64,000 nucleotides of DNA from an uncultured bacterium (GCA_963829245.1 CAWHIM010000037.1:211862-275861), one strand, 5' to 3'. Positions 27,177-38,375 are shown, counted from the first letter of the stretch. Made by a program: numbers and translations. Notes: generated from the sequence alone by a model not told the origin.

Positions 27177-28033
27177 TGCCGGTTCTCTCCGCCGATCCCG
27201 AGCGGAAAAAGGCGATCCTCTTTCTCGTCTTCGCGGCACTCGGGTGGAGCCTCGGCGGCCTCCTCATCAAGGGGATCCACTGGAACCCGATGGCCATCTC
27301 GGGGATGCGCAGCCTGATCGGCGCGCTCTTCATGAGCGTCTTCTTCCGGAACATGAAGTTCACCGGGTCGTTCCATCAGGTCATGGGCGCCCTGGCCTAT
27401 GCGGGAACGGTCATTCTGTTCGTTTTGGCGAACAAGATGACTACCGCCGCGAACGCCATCCTCCTCCAGTACACCGCCCCCGTCTACGTCGCGCTCTTTT
27501 CTCCCTGGTTTCTCGGGGAGCGGTCGCGGCGCAGCGACTGGGTGGCCATCGCCGTGGTTCTCGGCGGCATGACGCTCTTCTTCCTGGACGACCTGTCGGC
27601 AACCGCCTATTGGGGGAATTGCGTCGCGCTCGGAAGCGGATTCTGTTTCGGCTGGCTCACCCTGTTCCTGAGAAAGCAGCGTGGAGGGTCGAACATCGAA
27701 TCGCTCTTCCTCGGAAACCTGCTCGCCGCCGCCATCGGCATTCCCTTCATGTTCTCCGGGCCGTCACCCGGCGCCGCGGGCTGGACGGGCCTTCTTCTCC
27801 TCGGGGTGTTCCAACTGGGGATCCCGTACGTCCTCTACTCGCTGGCGATCCGCCACGTCACCGCGGTCACCGCCATCCTCGTCTCCATGATCGAACCGGT
27901 TCTCAACCCGATCTGGGTGCTGATCGCGATGGGGGAACGCCCGGGCCCAATGGCGATCCTGGGTGGGGCGATCGTCCTCGTTTCCGTCACGCTTCGCAGT
28001 CTCATCCCCGCTCTGCGCAGCCGGGTCGCCTGA
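27176..28033 (+). CDS. EamA/DMT-family transporter
   Basis: 285 aa with 10 hydrophobic segments in two repeats; GTG start. Confidence 0.85.
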   Translation: MPVLSADPERKKAILFLVFAALGWSLGGLLIKGIHWNPMAISGMRSLIGALFMSVFFRNMKFTGSFHQVMGALAYAGTVILFVLANKMTTAANAILLQYTAPVYVALFSPWFLGERSRRSDWVAIAVVLGGMTLFFLDDLSATAYWGNCVALGSGFCFGWLTLFLRKQRGGSNIESLFLGNLLAAAIGIPFMFSGPSPGAAGWTGLLLLGVFQLGIPYVLYSLAIRHVTAVTAILVSMIEPVLNPIWVLIAMGERPGPMAILGGAIVLVSVTLRSLIPALRSRVA

Positions 28034-28108
28034 CCCGGTTTTCCACGGTTCGACCTCGATCTCTGCCGGACCTGGTAACGGCTTGCCGCAGGAATCCTCT
28101 TCCCGCCG

Positions 28109-29041
28109 TCAGGGAGGGCAGGCTCCGCAAGTGGACCGGAACAGGGAGGTGCTCAGGTATCGGTCCCCCCGGTCCGGTAACAACGCTACGATTGTTCCGG
28201 ACGAAAGACGCCTCGCCAGCTGGATGGCGCCCGCCACAGCCGCGCCGCTCGACATCCCGACGAAAAGCCCTTCCTCAACCGCAAGGCGCCGAGCGGTATC
28301 AAACGCGGGGTCGTCGTCGACGATCAATTTCTCGTCGAGGTTCTCTTCCCGGTAGATCGCAGGGACGATGGCCTCCTTCATGCTTTTGAGTCCCTGGATC
28401 TTGTGGCCCGGTTTGGGTTCTACCCCGACGATTCGGATATCCCTTCTTCTGCTGCGCAGGTACGCACCCGTACCCATGAGCGTTCCCCCCGTTCCCATCC
28501 CCGCCACGAAGTAGTCGATCTCCCCATCCGTCTGTTGATAAATCTCGGGACCCGTGGTTTCGAAATGGGCTCGGACGTTGTCCGGGTTGGCGTACTGGTT
28601 CGGCATGTAATACTCCTCCGGCGAATCCTCGAGGATGCGGTGAGCAAGCCGGATCGCACCATCGGTACCCTCATTGAAGGGGGATAGGACGAGTTCCGCG
28701 CCGAAGGCCGACAGGACCGCACGGCGCTCCATGCTCACACAGGCGGGCATCACCAGTTTGATCCGATACCCCCTCGCCGCTCCCAGCATCGCGATGGCGA
28801 TTCCCGTGTTTCCGGAGGTCGGCTCCAGGATGGTCTTACCGGGCGTCAAATCCCCCCGTTTCTCCGCTCCCTCGATCATGAATAGCGCCGGACGGTCCTT
28901 GACCGAACCGCCCGGGTTGTTTCCTTCCAGCTTTGCAAGAAGCCGAACCGCCGGGTTGGGATTCAGCTTGCGAAGCTCGATAACGGGAGTGAAGCCGATT
29001 GCGGATCGGAGATCATGGGAATTCATGATTGCGACAGGCAT
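28109..29041 (-). CDS. PLP-dependent cysteine synthase (CysK/CysM family)
   Basis: LEGNNPGGSVKDRPALFMI contains the PLP lysine. TSGNTGIAIA and GMGTGGTLMG are further signatures of this family. Confidence 0.85.
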   Translation of the reverse strand: MPVAIMNSHDLRSAIGFTPVIELRKLNPNPAVRLLAKLEGNNPGGSVKDRPALFMIEGAEKRGDLTPGKTILEPTSGNTGIAIAMLGAARGYRIKLVMPACVSMERRAVLSAFGAELVLSPFNEGTDGAIRLAHRILEDSPEEYYMPNQYANPDNVRAHFETTGPEIYQQTDGEIDYFVAGMGTGGTLMGTGAYLRSRRRDIRIVGVEPKPGHKIQGLKSMKEAIVPAIYREENLDEKLIVDDDPAFDTARRLAVEEGLFVGMSSGAAVAGAIQLARRLSSGTIVALLPDRGDRYLSTSLFRSTCGACPP

Positions 29042-29184
29042 TTTTCGCTCCTTGCGAGAATTTCGGTGTATCTAATAATGCACAAAATTAATTCTGCAGT
29101 CTACAGAGGGGAGAGATACGATTCATAAGCGGGATCTGTGACAATCTTGTGATTGGAGTACCGGTTTCCTTGTCGGAGCGATGG

Positions 29185-29418
29185 ATGAAGGTCCGCGTTG
29201 TCTGCTACGAAGGGTACAGGGCGGAAGAGACGCCCCGGGCTTTCCTGCTAGGGGAGCGCCGGGTCGAAGTGGTACGCATCCTGGACCGGTGGCGGGGGGA
29301 GGATCACGAGTACGTAAAGCTCGACGGCTCCGACGGCGCCCGCTATATCCTGCGGTATGACCGCTCTCGAGATGAGTGGGAGATCCAGATGATGGAATCG
29401 CCGCCGCCCACGGGTTGA
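29185..29418 (+). CDS. small conserved hypothetical protein
   Basis: MKVRVVCYEGYRAEETPRAFLLGERRVEVVRILDRWRGEDHEYVKLDGSDGARYILRYD... has coding-like composition. Function unknown. Confidence 0.45.
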   Translation: MKVRVVCYEGYRAEETPRAFLLGERRVEVVRILDRWRGEDHEYVKLDGSDGARYILRYDRSRDEWEIQMMESPPPTG

Positions 29419-29543
29419 TCATCCAGCCGATCGGGCAATCAAAAGGAGCTTCTCCGAGGCGGGATGATCCTGATCCACTTCTCCGCGTTCGGGAAATAAC
29501 CGGAAGGAAACAGGGGGGTGGGTCGTGATATCGGCCCACTCCC

Positions 29544-32329
29544 TTGCGATTCGGCAATACAATAAGGCCCATTCGATACGGGGGCGAAACGCTGGCTGAT
29601 ATCCTCCATTTCCTTCTGGTCCCTGACAAGTCTTCCGGAAGGAAGGTTCGCCGGGCGCTTGCATCCGATGGCGCCCGCTGCGGTGTCGTCGTCGGAACAT
29701 TCGGCGAGTTGGTGGATCAGTCGTGCAAAGCCTACCTCCTGAAACCCACCGAAACGGATTGGATGGAACGATTGGGCGAGGCGTCCCGAAAAGTAACGGA
29801 CGCTTTTTGGTCGGATAGCCTGAAGGCGGACCCGGACGGGTCCGTGGCGGTTCTCGACCGGGAGCTGCTACGGCTCCTTGCGGCCTTGGGGCCGGGGCGG
29901 GATCTCGCGCCGGTCGGAGAAATCCCGACTGTCCGACCGCGGGAAGCGGCACCTGGCGGATCTGTCGCGGCTTCACAAGGCGATGGGCCGCGATCTTCCC
30001 GATGGCCTCATGACGATCCGAAACTTGCTCGCGGCGGACGGGATCGAGGCCCTTCGGATCGTCAAGGTCTATCGTAAGGCCGGCTTTCCCTCTCTCTCCC
30101 CTTGGCAGGAAGCACTTCTCGGAAAACTCGCGACCGATGCCACGGGAGCGGGCGATCCGGAGCTTGAAACGATTCTCGCCGGTTGCCTGCTCCCTGGTCC
30201 CGCGGGAAAGGCAAAATCTGCCCTCAGACACCTCCAGGAAAACCTGTTTCGAACCGGTCCCTCGAAAGTCGCACTGGACGATTCCGTCACCTGCCTCGGC
30301 ATTAGGGATCTCCTCGAAGCGGCGGAGATCGCGGCGGGGATGATCCAAAGGGCGCTCGATGGCGACTCCCGGCTGGCAACATCGGAGATCGGCCTGCTTC
30401 TTCCGGGCGACGGATCCTGCGAAGATGCGGTGCGGGAAGTCTTCTCGAGGGCGGGGCTGCCGGTTTCCGGCCTGGAGGGGTCCCCCCGGCTTCGGAACCT
30501 CGGGGGCGAAGCGGTGTTCCTCTTCCTGGCCACCCGGCGACGGCCTGCTCCGGCGATGGCGCTTGCCGCCCTCTACTCCTCACCGCTGATGCCTTGGGAC
30601 GCTGCGACAGGGAACCGGCTCGCGATGCGGATCATGGACGGAAAATATCGTCCGGAAGCGCCGGCCGAAATGCCCGCCGAAGGGCGGCGGATGATGGATC
30701 TCCTGCGGGAAGAGCATGAGGCGCCAAGGTCCCTGGCGGAAGCGCTGAAGACCTTCGGATCCCTCCTGGCCGGTTCCGCTCCGATGGCTCGGCATGCCGA
30801 GGCGGCACGCGCCGCCCTCGAATCCCTCGGGGAAGCGATCCGGCGGATCAAGGGAAAAGATGTCCCTTGGGAGGAGCTCACCTCCCTCGTTCCGCAGGCG
30901 CCAGTCCCTTCCGGCGCGGGCCTCGAGCTGACCCGGGAAGGTGTGGCGCTCTTCCTCGAAAATGAGGAGCCTTGGCGGCCCGTCCGGATCCTCTTCGTCC
31001 TCGGTTTTTCGGGGGGACGATACCCGACAGGACCGGATCGTTCCCCGGTCTTCGATCCACCGGACACGGCCGCCCTGAAAGCGGATCACGGATACGCCCT
31101 CGAAACGCCGGAGGAGGGGATGGCGCGGCGGCGGGATCTTTTCCTCCGACAGTTGGGCGTGGTCAGCGATCGCGTCGTATTCCTTTCCCCGTTGCGGGAC
31201 GCGATGGGGGAGGATCTCGCTCCATCGGGGACCATCACCTTCATGTCCCGTCTCTATAAGGGGATCCAGTCGCCCGAAGATCTCTTGCTGATCCTGGAGC
31301 GGGAGTCGCACCGGTCGAGGGTCAAAGGTCTTGCGGAATGCTCCCCCGGCGGATCCTGTTCTCACCGGGGTTCTTGAGGTCCGGGATCCGGATCTGAAAA
31401 TCGACCTGCTGGTCGACGGGAGCGGGAAGCTCAGGCCGCTCTCGGCTTCCGGCTTCGATACCCTGATGGTTTCCCCCCTGGCCTGGTTCCTCCAACGGGA
31501 AAACATCGTCCCCCTGCGTTGGGCGCCGGAGGAACTCGACCCGATGACGAAGGGGACGCTCGCCCACGAGGTGTTCGAGAACCTGTTCCGCGCCGGGACT
31601 CCTCTGCCGACCGCGGCGAAGATCAAGTCCGCGGCCGGGAAACTTCTCAACGAAGCGATTCTGCGTCACGCACCGTTCCTGACGGGGTCCGAGTGGTACG
31701 TGGAGCGCCGAAACCTGCTGAACGACGTGGAAACGGCCGCGCTCCGCTGGAGGGACCTCCTTGATCGCAGCGGTGCGAACATTCTCGGCGTTGAAACCAG
31801 TCTCACCGGCGTGTTCGAGGGCGTGCCGATCCGAGGCCGGGCGGACCTTCTCCTGTCCCTCCCCTCGGGGCGCCTCTTCGTTGTCGACTACAAAAAGTCG
31901 ACGAGCCGGAGCCGCCGGAAGTGCATGGAGGAAGGATACGACCTCCAGGCCTCCCTCTATCGGCGGATGCTCCGCTTCGGCAAGGTGGCCGATGGGGGTG
32001 TGGAGGCGCTGGCCCGGGCGCTCAATGAAGGAGGAGAGATCGGGGTCCTTTATTACATGATGGACGACCAGCGGGCGCTGACCGACACGTCGGGCTGGAT
32101 CCCGCGCAGCGTCTCCGGGGTGCAGGAGCTGGGGAGCGAGATCTCGCGTAACGGCGAGGTCCTCGTTCGCGAGCGGATCCGGGCGCTCCGATCGGGCAAG
32201 ATCCCCCTCAACCGGGAGGATGACGCTGAAACCTTCGATAAGATCGGTGTGAAGACATACGCGCTGGAAGACAGCCCGCTGGTGATGCGGTTCGCCCACC
32301 CCGCGCCGGAAAAAGAGGACGTGGAATGA
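29544..32329 (+). pseudogene. AddB-like PD-(D/E)XK nuclease subunit, read in three frames (two apparent frameshifts or a split gene)
   Basis: ORFs 29544-30077, 29878-31377 and 31331-32329 step frames 0, +1, +2. The last part carries a RecB-type nuclease core (GVPIRGRADLLLSLPSGRLFVVDYKKS ... QASLY). Its stop overlaps the start of the downstream helicase (ATGA). Confidence 0.55.
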
Positions 32330-35300
32330 CGATCCCCCGGCTCACCGTCATCCCCGCCGGTGCAGGGTCCGGGAAGACGTACCGGATCCAGACGCAGCTT
32401 GCGGACTGGGTGGTCAACGGACTGGTAGCCCCCGAGCGCATTCTTGCGGTGACGTTCACGGAGGCCGCCGCGTCGGAGCTGAAGGAACGAATCCGGTTCG
32501 AGCTCGTGAAGCGCGACCGGATCGAGGATGCGCTGAAGCTCGAGGAGTCGTACATCTCCACGATCCACGGGTTCGGTTTGCGGCTTCTCACCGAGTTCGC
32601 CTTCGAGGGGGGGATCTCACCGTCCCCTCGACTCCTCAATGACGACGAACAGGGGTTCCTCATCCGACGGACGCTGGCGAAGACGGGGAAGGCGGATGCC
32701 GTCGCGATCAACCTGCGGAAGTTCGGATACCGATACGACCCGGTGAACAAGACGAGCGCCGAGGATGTCTTCCTCGATACGCTCCTGTCGTTGATCGACC
32801 GGCTCCGTTCGCTGGGCCGGAAAGGGGAAGATCCCGCGTTGGTCTCCGGGGCCGTGGATACGCTCCGACGGATCTACGGCCCGGTGGGAAACGCCGACGC
32901 ATTGAATCGTGCGCTCCACGGGTCCGTTGCACGCCTGCTGGAGCGATTCCCGGGAGACCTCTCCCCGGGGTTCGAGGGGAACGCCTCCGCGAGCGGGGAT
33001 TTCCGGGAGAACTTCCGGAGTTTGCGCCGAGCCGAGGATTTGGAAGAGGTGGCTTCCGATTGGAGCCTGTGGCTATCCCTGCGGAAGTTGCGCGTTTCGG
33101 GAAGAGGGGGAAAGGTCCCGCCGGGGTACGAGGATCTTGCGGGTGAGGTAATGTCCGCGGCAGGGGCGCTTCAAAAACACCCGGGGCCGCTGGCCGACGC
33201 GGAGTTGCACGTTTCGGCCCTCCTGGGGGCGAGCCAGGATTGCCTGGGAACCTACGGGGAGGAGAAGCGAAAGGCGAGTCTGGTCGATTTTCCGGACATG
33301 CTGGCGGGCGCCCACGAGATCCTCGCGAATCGTCCCGACGTCCTTGCGATCCTGAAAGGCCGTGTCGACTGCCTGGTGATCGACGAGTTCCAGGACACCA
33401 ACCCCCTCCAATTCTCTCTCCTGTGGAAGATCCGGGAGGCCGGGGTCCCTGCGCTGGTCGTCGGTGACGTCAAGCAGTCGATCATGGGGTTCCAGAATGC
33501 AGACCCACGCCTGTTCGAGCAGCTCGAGAAACAGTACCCGAAGGCCCGCGAGCCGCTGACCTTCAACTGGCGGGCTTCGGGGCCGCTGATGGAATGGGTC
33601 AACGCGGTGGGAGAAGGGCTGTTCGGGGCGGCGTACACGCGTCTGACGCCGAAGGCGGATTTCAAGAGCACGCTGGAATCCGCTCGAGGTCGTCGATGCC
33701 CCGAAATATATCCGTTCCGGTAGAAAGCGAGCCTCGTGGACGGCGGTGCGGATCAAGGCACTCCTGGAGGACGGGAAAAGCAAGGTCTGGGATAAGTACG
33801 CCAAAGTCTCGCGTCCCATTCGCGGAGGCGATCTCGCGCTCTTATGCCCCACTCGCAAACTGGTCGACCTGTATGCGGAGGTCTTGCGGGCGCTCGGGAT
33901 ACGCACTCGGATCGAACAGGACGGCTGGTACGGGTCCGGGGAGGTTCGGATTCTCCTTCACGCTCTCGAATACATCGCGGACGCCGACGACCGGCATGCC
34001 GCGCTCTACCTGGCGGTAACGGAACTCGGGAACCAAACCCTCGAGGCCGCGCTTGCTTCCCTCCGGCGCGGCGAGTCTTTGAAGGACCCGCTGCTGGAGA
34101 CGCTGGATCCGGTGAGGGCCGCGGCCGCGGACAAGACCATCGAGATATTGGTCTCCGAGGTGATCGTCGCGCTGGACCTCTACGGGAAGGCGGCCCTTTG
34201 GCCCGATGCCGCCCAGGCGCGTGCCAACATTCTTCGGTTTGAAGCGGAGGCGCGGGAGTTCCGGGAGGTGAACCGCCAGGTGCTCCTTTCGGGTGGATAT
34301 TACGGAACCGGGATCAAGACGTTCCTGTCATGGCTTGCCGCCAGGGTGGAGGAAAACGATGCGCAGCCGGATCCGCGGGTCGTGGACGAGGACGCGGTGA
34401 CGGTCACGACGTGGCACAGTTCCAAGGGGCTCGAATGGCCGGTCGTCGCGGTCTGTGGCATGCACCGGCAGATCAAGCCGCGCCTTCCCGACGTCTCGGT
34501 CACCTACGACGACTTCGATGATCTGGCGAATATCCTCCGGAAGGCCCGGGTCGAGATCGTCCCCGGCTTTGCGGCGGAGGAGACGACTGCGGCCTTTCTC
34601 GGACACCTCCAACCCGCCATGGAAGAGGAGGCGAGGCGGCTGCTCTACGTGGCCCTGACCCGCGCCCGGGAGAAGGTGATCGTCGAATGGCCGAGCCATC
34701 TCGCGGGGAAGGAGAAGTCGAATTACTGGTCCCTGCTCGTCGGGGCGGCGGGAATGGTCCTGGAGAAAGGCGGGATGCGGGTGAACGGAAAGGCGTTCCC
34801 TTCCGTCGTGAACCTGGCGGAAACGGACCTTGCCCCCTCGGTAGCCGCGTCCGAAGGGGAGCCGATCGCGCCGCTTTCCACGATCGGCCGGCGAGCGATC
34901 GCATATCGCTCTCTCCCGGTGAACCTGACGCCGGAGACGGTCACCCCCTCGCTGCTGCACGGGGATCCGGGGGAAGCTTCGCTCGCGGGACTTCTGCAGG
35001 AGGAAACGTACGGATCACCTTTCGAGACCGACCTGGAGGTCGTAGGGGCAGACCGCGGGCTGTTGCTGCATAAAAATTTCGAAATCCTGGGTGGCCGGCC
35101 CGGGCGCGTGGATCTCCTGGAAAGGGCAACCGGAGTGACGATCGACAAGAAGGGGTGCAGCCGGCTCGAAAGCGCGGTGGCCGATTTCGAGCGATGGTTG
35201 GTGGGGCGCTTTCAGCCGATCTCTGTTCGGCGTGAACTGCCTCTTCTGGGAGTGGACCGGCATGGGAGCGTGGTATCCGGCGTGGCCGACCTTCTCGTGG

Positions 35301-35506
35301 AAACGGAGGAAGGATACTGGATCCTCGACCATAAGTCCGACATCACGGACGACCGCGCCGCGCGCTTCGAGGCGTATCTCCCGCAGCTTCGTTGTTACGC
35401 CGGCCTCATTGATAAAGCGTTCCCCGGAAAGCCGGTGCTGGGGGTCGCGATCCATTGGATCACATATGGGAAGGTCAGCCTGCTTTCGGGGGAGAGGTCC
35501 GCATGA
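32326..35506 (+). pseudogene. AddA-like UvrD/REP helicase with C-terminal PD-(D/E)XK nuclease, one frameshift near 33672-33690
   Basis: Walker A AGAGSGKT, motif II LVIDEFQDTNP, VVGDVKQSIMGFQNA, and NWRASG. The frame breaks after PKADFKSTLE and resumes in +1 as LEVVDAPKYIRSG... The C-terminus has GVADLLVETEEGYWILDHKSD. Confidence 0.8.
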
Positions 35507-35649
35507 GCGGGAAGGTGCAGCCGAAGAAGATCCGGAAGAAGCCGGCTCCGATGAACAAGCCCGCCATGATGGACTGGGCGCTTCGGTTGCTGCGTCTCCT
35601 GAACGAGCGCAAAGTGCTCAACTCCCGGAATCGAGTCGGAGGAGTTTGA
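35503..35649 (+). CDS. possible small basic protein translationally coupled to the helicase gene
   Basis: The ATG overlaps the helicase stop (ATGA). 48 aa: MSGKVQPKKIRKKPAPMNKPAMMDWALRLLRLLNERKVLNSRNRVGGV. No other support. Confidence 0.25.
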   Translation: MSGKVQPKKIRKKPAPMNKPAMMDWALRLLRLLNERKVLNSRNRVGGV

Positions 35650-35758
35650 TGTCAACATCCGCATAGCGCAACGGTACCTCTTAACTATCGGCAGTTCTTC
35701 TGCAAAATAACTACAGAAGCGATAAAGAAAAATATTTCAATAAACGGATGATTCTTCC

Positions 35759-36409
35759 TCATTTCTTTCCGGGAAGGATTTTCTTGCCAAACCCGGAAAT
35801 TGCATCGCCCATGTTTTTAAGGGCCTTGCCGACCTCTTCAGGCACGTAGCTTGTGCCTTCGACAAGCTTGCCGGAGACCTCATGCCCCTCTTTGATGGCC
35901 TTGGCTGCGCCAGCCTTCAATTTTCGTCCTGACCATTCCGCAGCCTGTTCCATATGCTCTGCCGCCGAGTTAAGCGCATGGCCGGTCTCTTTTGTCTCTT
36001 TCCTGGCCCAGGAATCGGTCGCCTTGACATACTCATTATTCGCCATCGCGCGCTCAGCCCTTGAAAATGCATCTTTCAGCTTCTTGTCTGATTTCACAGC
36101 CCCCTTTTCAACGGAATCCGCCAACTTGTCCAGCTCCTCGCCTGAGGCCGTAAGCATCTTCTTCCCTTGAGTACCGGCGGACTCCGCCCCTTTCCTTAGA
36201 TAATCCGCACCCTTTCGTATCTCCGCGGCGGATGCATTAAAATCCTTTTTCAAATAGGACTCATGTGCCTTCTGAAAGTCAGCCCTTGGCTCCACTGTCT
36301 GGTCTTGTGCACCTTGTGCCGTCTGGGAATATGCCACCGGGGTAACAACTGCCTGGTTTAAGAAAAGAAATGAAAACAAGCCTGCCATCAAAAAAATCCG
36401 GCGCATCAT
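35759..36409 (-). CDS. secreted alpha-helical repeat protein (hypothetical)
   Basis: 216 aa in AT-richer DNA, with AGGAGG before the ATG. Signal peptide MMRRIFLMAGLFSFLFLNQAVVTPVAYSQ, then a K/E/A-rich helical sequence. Confidence 0.6.
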   Translation of the reverse strand: MMRRIFLMAGLFSFLFLNQAVVTPVAYSQTAQGAQDQTVEPRADFQKAHESYLKKDFNASAAEIRKGADYLRKGAESAGTQGKKMLTASGEELDKLADSVEKGAVKSDKKLKDAFSRAERAMANNEYVKATDSWARKETKETGHALNSAAEHMEQAAEWSGRKLKAGAAKAIKEGHEVSGKLVEGTSYVPEEVGKALKNMGDAISGFGKKILPGKK

Positions 36410-36977
36410 ATCGCTACCTCCTATTGTTGGTTACCGTTTCATTAAAACTAGATGTTGGCGGACTTTCCCTGGTTTCGTAGTCACCGTTGTATTCGCCGTT
36501 CGGGCTGGTATGATCGGTACTACGACACGCTCCTTGACAGCAGGATCCCTTCCATGGATCAGGCCGGCACTTACGGTAGGAATCCACACCACGGCATGGT
36601 TTCCAACACTTGATGGAGGACGCCACGATGGGGACAACGGCAACGGAAGCACGCGACAATGTCTGCCTGCTGGTTCTGGTGAATCCCAACGAAAACCCGT
36701 ATGAAAGATGCCGCCCTGAGGAGTGCAGCGTATGGTCGTGGGAGGACTGCTGCAACGCGAGCGGAAACCGGCTCGGCCACTGCGTCCTGGTGGACGAGAC
36801 TGTGCTGCCCGCCCAACAAAAATAAAAAATCAGCGAGAGCTTCGGAGGAAGCAGGGCACCCGCCCGCGCTACACCGGCGAGTGCCCTCTGGACAAGTTGC
36901 GTGCTCCTCGCCGCATCCGCGATCATAATCTCCAGTCTTCGAAGCGGACTTGTGAAAATGCCTGGGGGCTCTCACCG

Positions 36978-37781
36978 ATGATCGATAAACGCCGATCCCG
37001 CCTCCCGATCCCCCTTTTGACAGTCTTACTCGGAGTCTCGTGTATCGGCAAGGCTTTGCCTGTCGCGCATGCAACGACCATTGCAGGAATACGCACGCCG
37101 GCACAGGTGGTCATCGCGGCCGACAGCTTGGGGACGGCACGGGGATATCGGATCGAATCGACGCAGCCCGTCTGTAAGATATTTGCGGTGAAAGATTCCG
37201 CCTTCGCTATCGCCGGACTTGTAAGAGACCCCGTATGGAATTTCGATGCGGAGAACCTGACCGCGGACATTCTCCGGCGGAAAAACCGAGTAACGGAGAC
37301 CGCAAACGATCTTACGGAGCGGCTGGAGGCCATGCTCGGTTCCTACCTGGAGCGCCTGAAGAAGGGGAACCCTTACCTCTATGGGAAGTTGCTCGAAGAG
37401 CAGGGCGGGACCGTCACCTCTATTCTGCTTGCTGCTTACGAGGGGGATCAGCCCGTTGCGATTGGGATCTCATTTCGTGCATCGGAAGAAATGGGCGGTC
37501 GCGTCAAGATTACCGCAACGCGGGTAGCCTGTCCGGGGGATTGTCCGGACGGGGTGATGTATTTCTTTCTGGGCGAACGGCGCCCGATCGACCGATACAT
37601 TGCGGAACATGGCAGGGATCGCTTGGGGCCGGCGGATTCCGCCGCCCCCTTCCTGGTTCAGTTGGTCATTGATGGAGGGTCGAAGCTTGTCGGTCCTCCC
37701 ATCGACGTGATCGTTATCGACAGGCAGGGAGTATCTTGGCTTGCCCGGAAAGAAGGATGCGGAGGCGCGCCTTCCCCATAA
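36978..37781 (+). CDS. signal-peptide-bearing Ntn hydrolase resembling proteasome beta / HslV
   Basis: MIDKRRSRLPIPLLTVLLGVSCIGKALPVAHA followed by TTIAGIRTPAQVVIAADSLGT...CKIF...AIAGL. The TTI.G...VV.AAD block, the Asp at +17 and the Lys near +33/35 mirror the Thr1/Asp17/Lys33 proteasome pattern. Confidence 0.6.
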   Translation: MIDKRRSRLPIPLLTVLLGVSCIGKALPVAHATTIAGIRTPAQVVIAADSLGTARGYRIESTQPVCKIFAVKDSAFAIAGLVRDPVWNFDAENLTADILRRKNRVTETANDLTERLEAMLGSYLERLKKGNPYLYGKLLEEQGGTVTSILLAAYEGDQPVAIGISFRASEEMGGRVKITATRVACPGDCPDGVMYFFLGERRPIDRYIAEHGRDRLGPADSAAPFLVQLVIDGGSKLVGPPIDVIVIDRQGVSWLARKEGCGGAPSP

Positions 37782-37894
37782 ACCAAAGGCCCCGGGCAAC
37801 CCGCTCGGATGGTCATCTTCCCGATGTTGTCGTTGAGGAAAGAGTACCCGGCGTGCCCCGCGCCCGGCCGAGAGGGGAATGTGACATGCGTAGG

Positions 37895-37919
37895 GGAGTG
37901 GAGTGGAGTGGAGTGGAGC
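37895..37919. repeat. pentanucleotide tandem repeat (GGAGT) x4 plus one imperfect copy
   Basis: The sequence ggagtggagtggagtggagtggagc, read directly from an intergenic region. Confidence 0.9.
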
Positions 37920-37962
37920 ATCGGGTACACCGGGGAAGGGAAACCGGGATGCTGCTTCCCCT

Positions 37963-38349
37963 TCACAGCACCTCCTTCTCCTTCAAAGCCTGGGCGCATT
38001 TGCTCGTGCGAGGCTTCACAATGGCGAGGGCGATCTCGTCAATGTGCTTCACGATTACCTTGTCCCCGATTTCCAGTCCATTGAGCTGCTCCTTTACCTT
38101 TTCGTGAGCCTCGAATCTCCTCTCCCCCTTCGGTCCCTTCAGAGTCAATGTTCCCGCTTCTTCGTCCAGCTCTTCGATCGTCCCCGTGAACAGTTTCGCG
38201 CGGGGCTTCGGGACAATTTTCTTGCCGGTTTCCGCAGCCTCCTTCTTCACAGGTTGGGCCTGGGGGGGGGATTTATCCTTGGCACACCCACCCCCGGCCA
38301 TCGAGAGGGCGAACGCTGCAGTTGCGAGCACGGTGAACAGTTTTCTCAT
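37963..38349 (-). CDS. lipoprotein, hypothetical
   Basis: 128 aa. Signal peptide with lipobox MAGGGC, then a K/E-rich region. Confidence 0.6.
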   Translation of the reverse strand: MRKLFTVLATAAFALSMAGGGCAKDKSPPQAQPVKKEAAETGKKIVPKPRAKLFTGTIEELDEEAGTLTLKGPKGERRFEAHEKVKEQLNGLEIGDKVIVKHIDEIALAIVKPRTSKCAQALKEKEVL

Positions 38350-38375
38350 TTACATCCTCAAGGAGAAGTAAAGTA

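Noticed and set aside
26693-27376. A 227-aa minus-strand ORF spanning the cytochrome terminator region and the start of the EamA gene.
   Set aside because: It overlaps two well-supported plus-strand genes and two strong hairpins. Its translation has no motif and an antisense-type composition.
29544-35506. The UvrD-like helicase plus PD-(D/E)XK nuclease pair, considered as a phage-defence system (Gabija/Hachiman-like).
   Set aside because: The domain order, sizes (about 930 and 1060 aa), the nuclease domains on both subunits and the addB-addA overlap are those of housekeeping AddAB-type recombination enzymes. No ATPase/TOPRIM or HamA-like partner is present.
36414-36926. A minus-strand ORF with a Cys-rich tail (KCWKPCRGVDSYRKCRPDPWKGSCCQGAC), ending just before the SD of the 35759-36409 gene; considered as a small secreted Cys-rich peptide.
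   Set aside because: It has no credible start codon or signal peptide near the Cys-rich part. The upstream 120 codons are compositionally non-coding, and no SD is present. I cannot support it from sequence alone.
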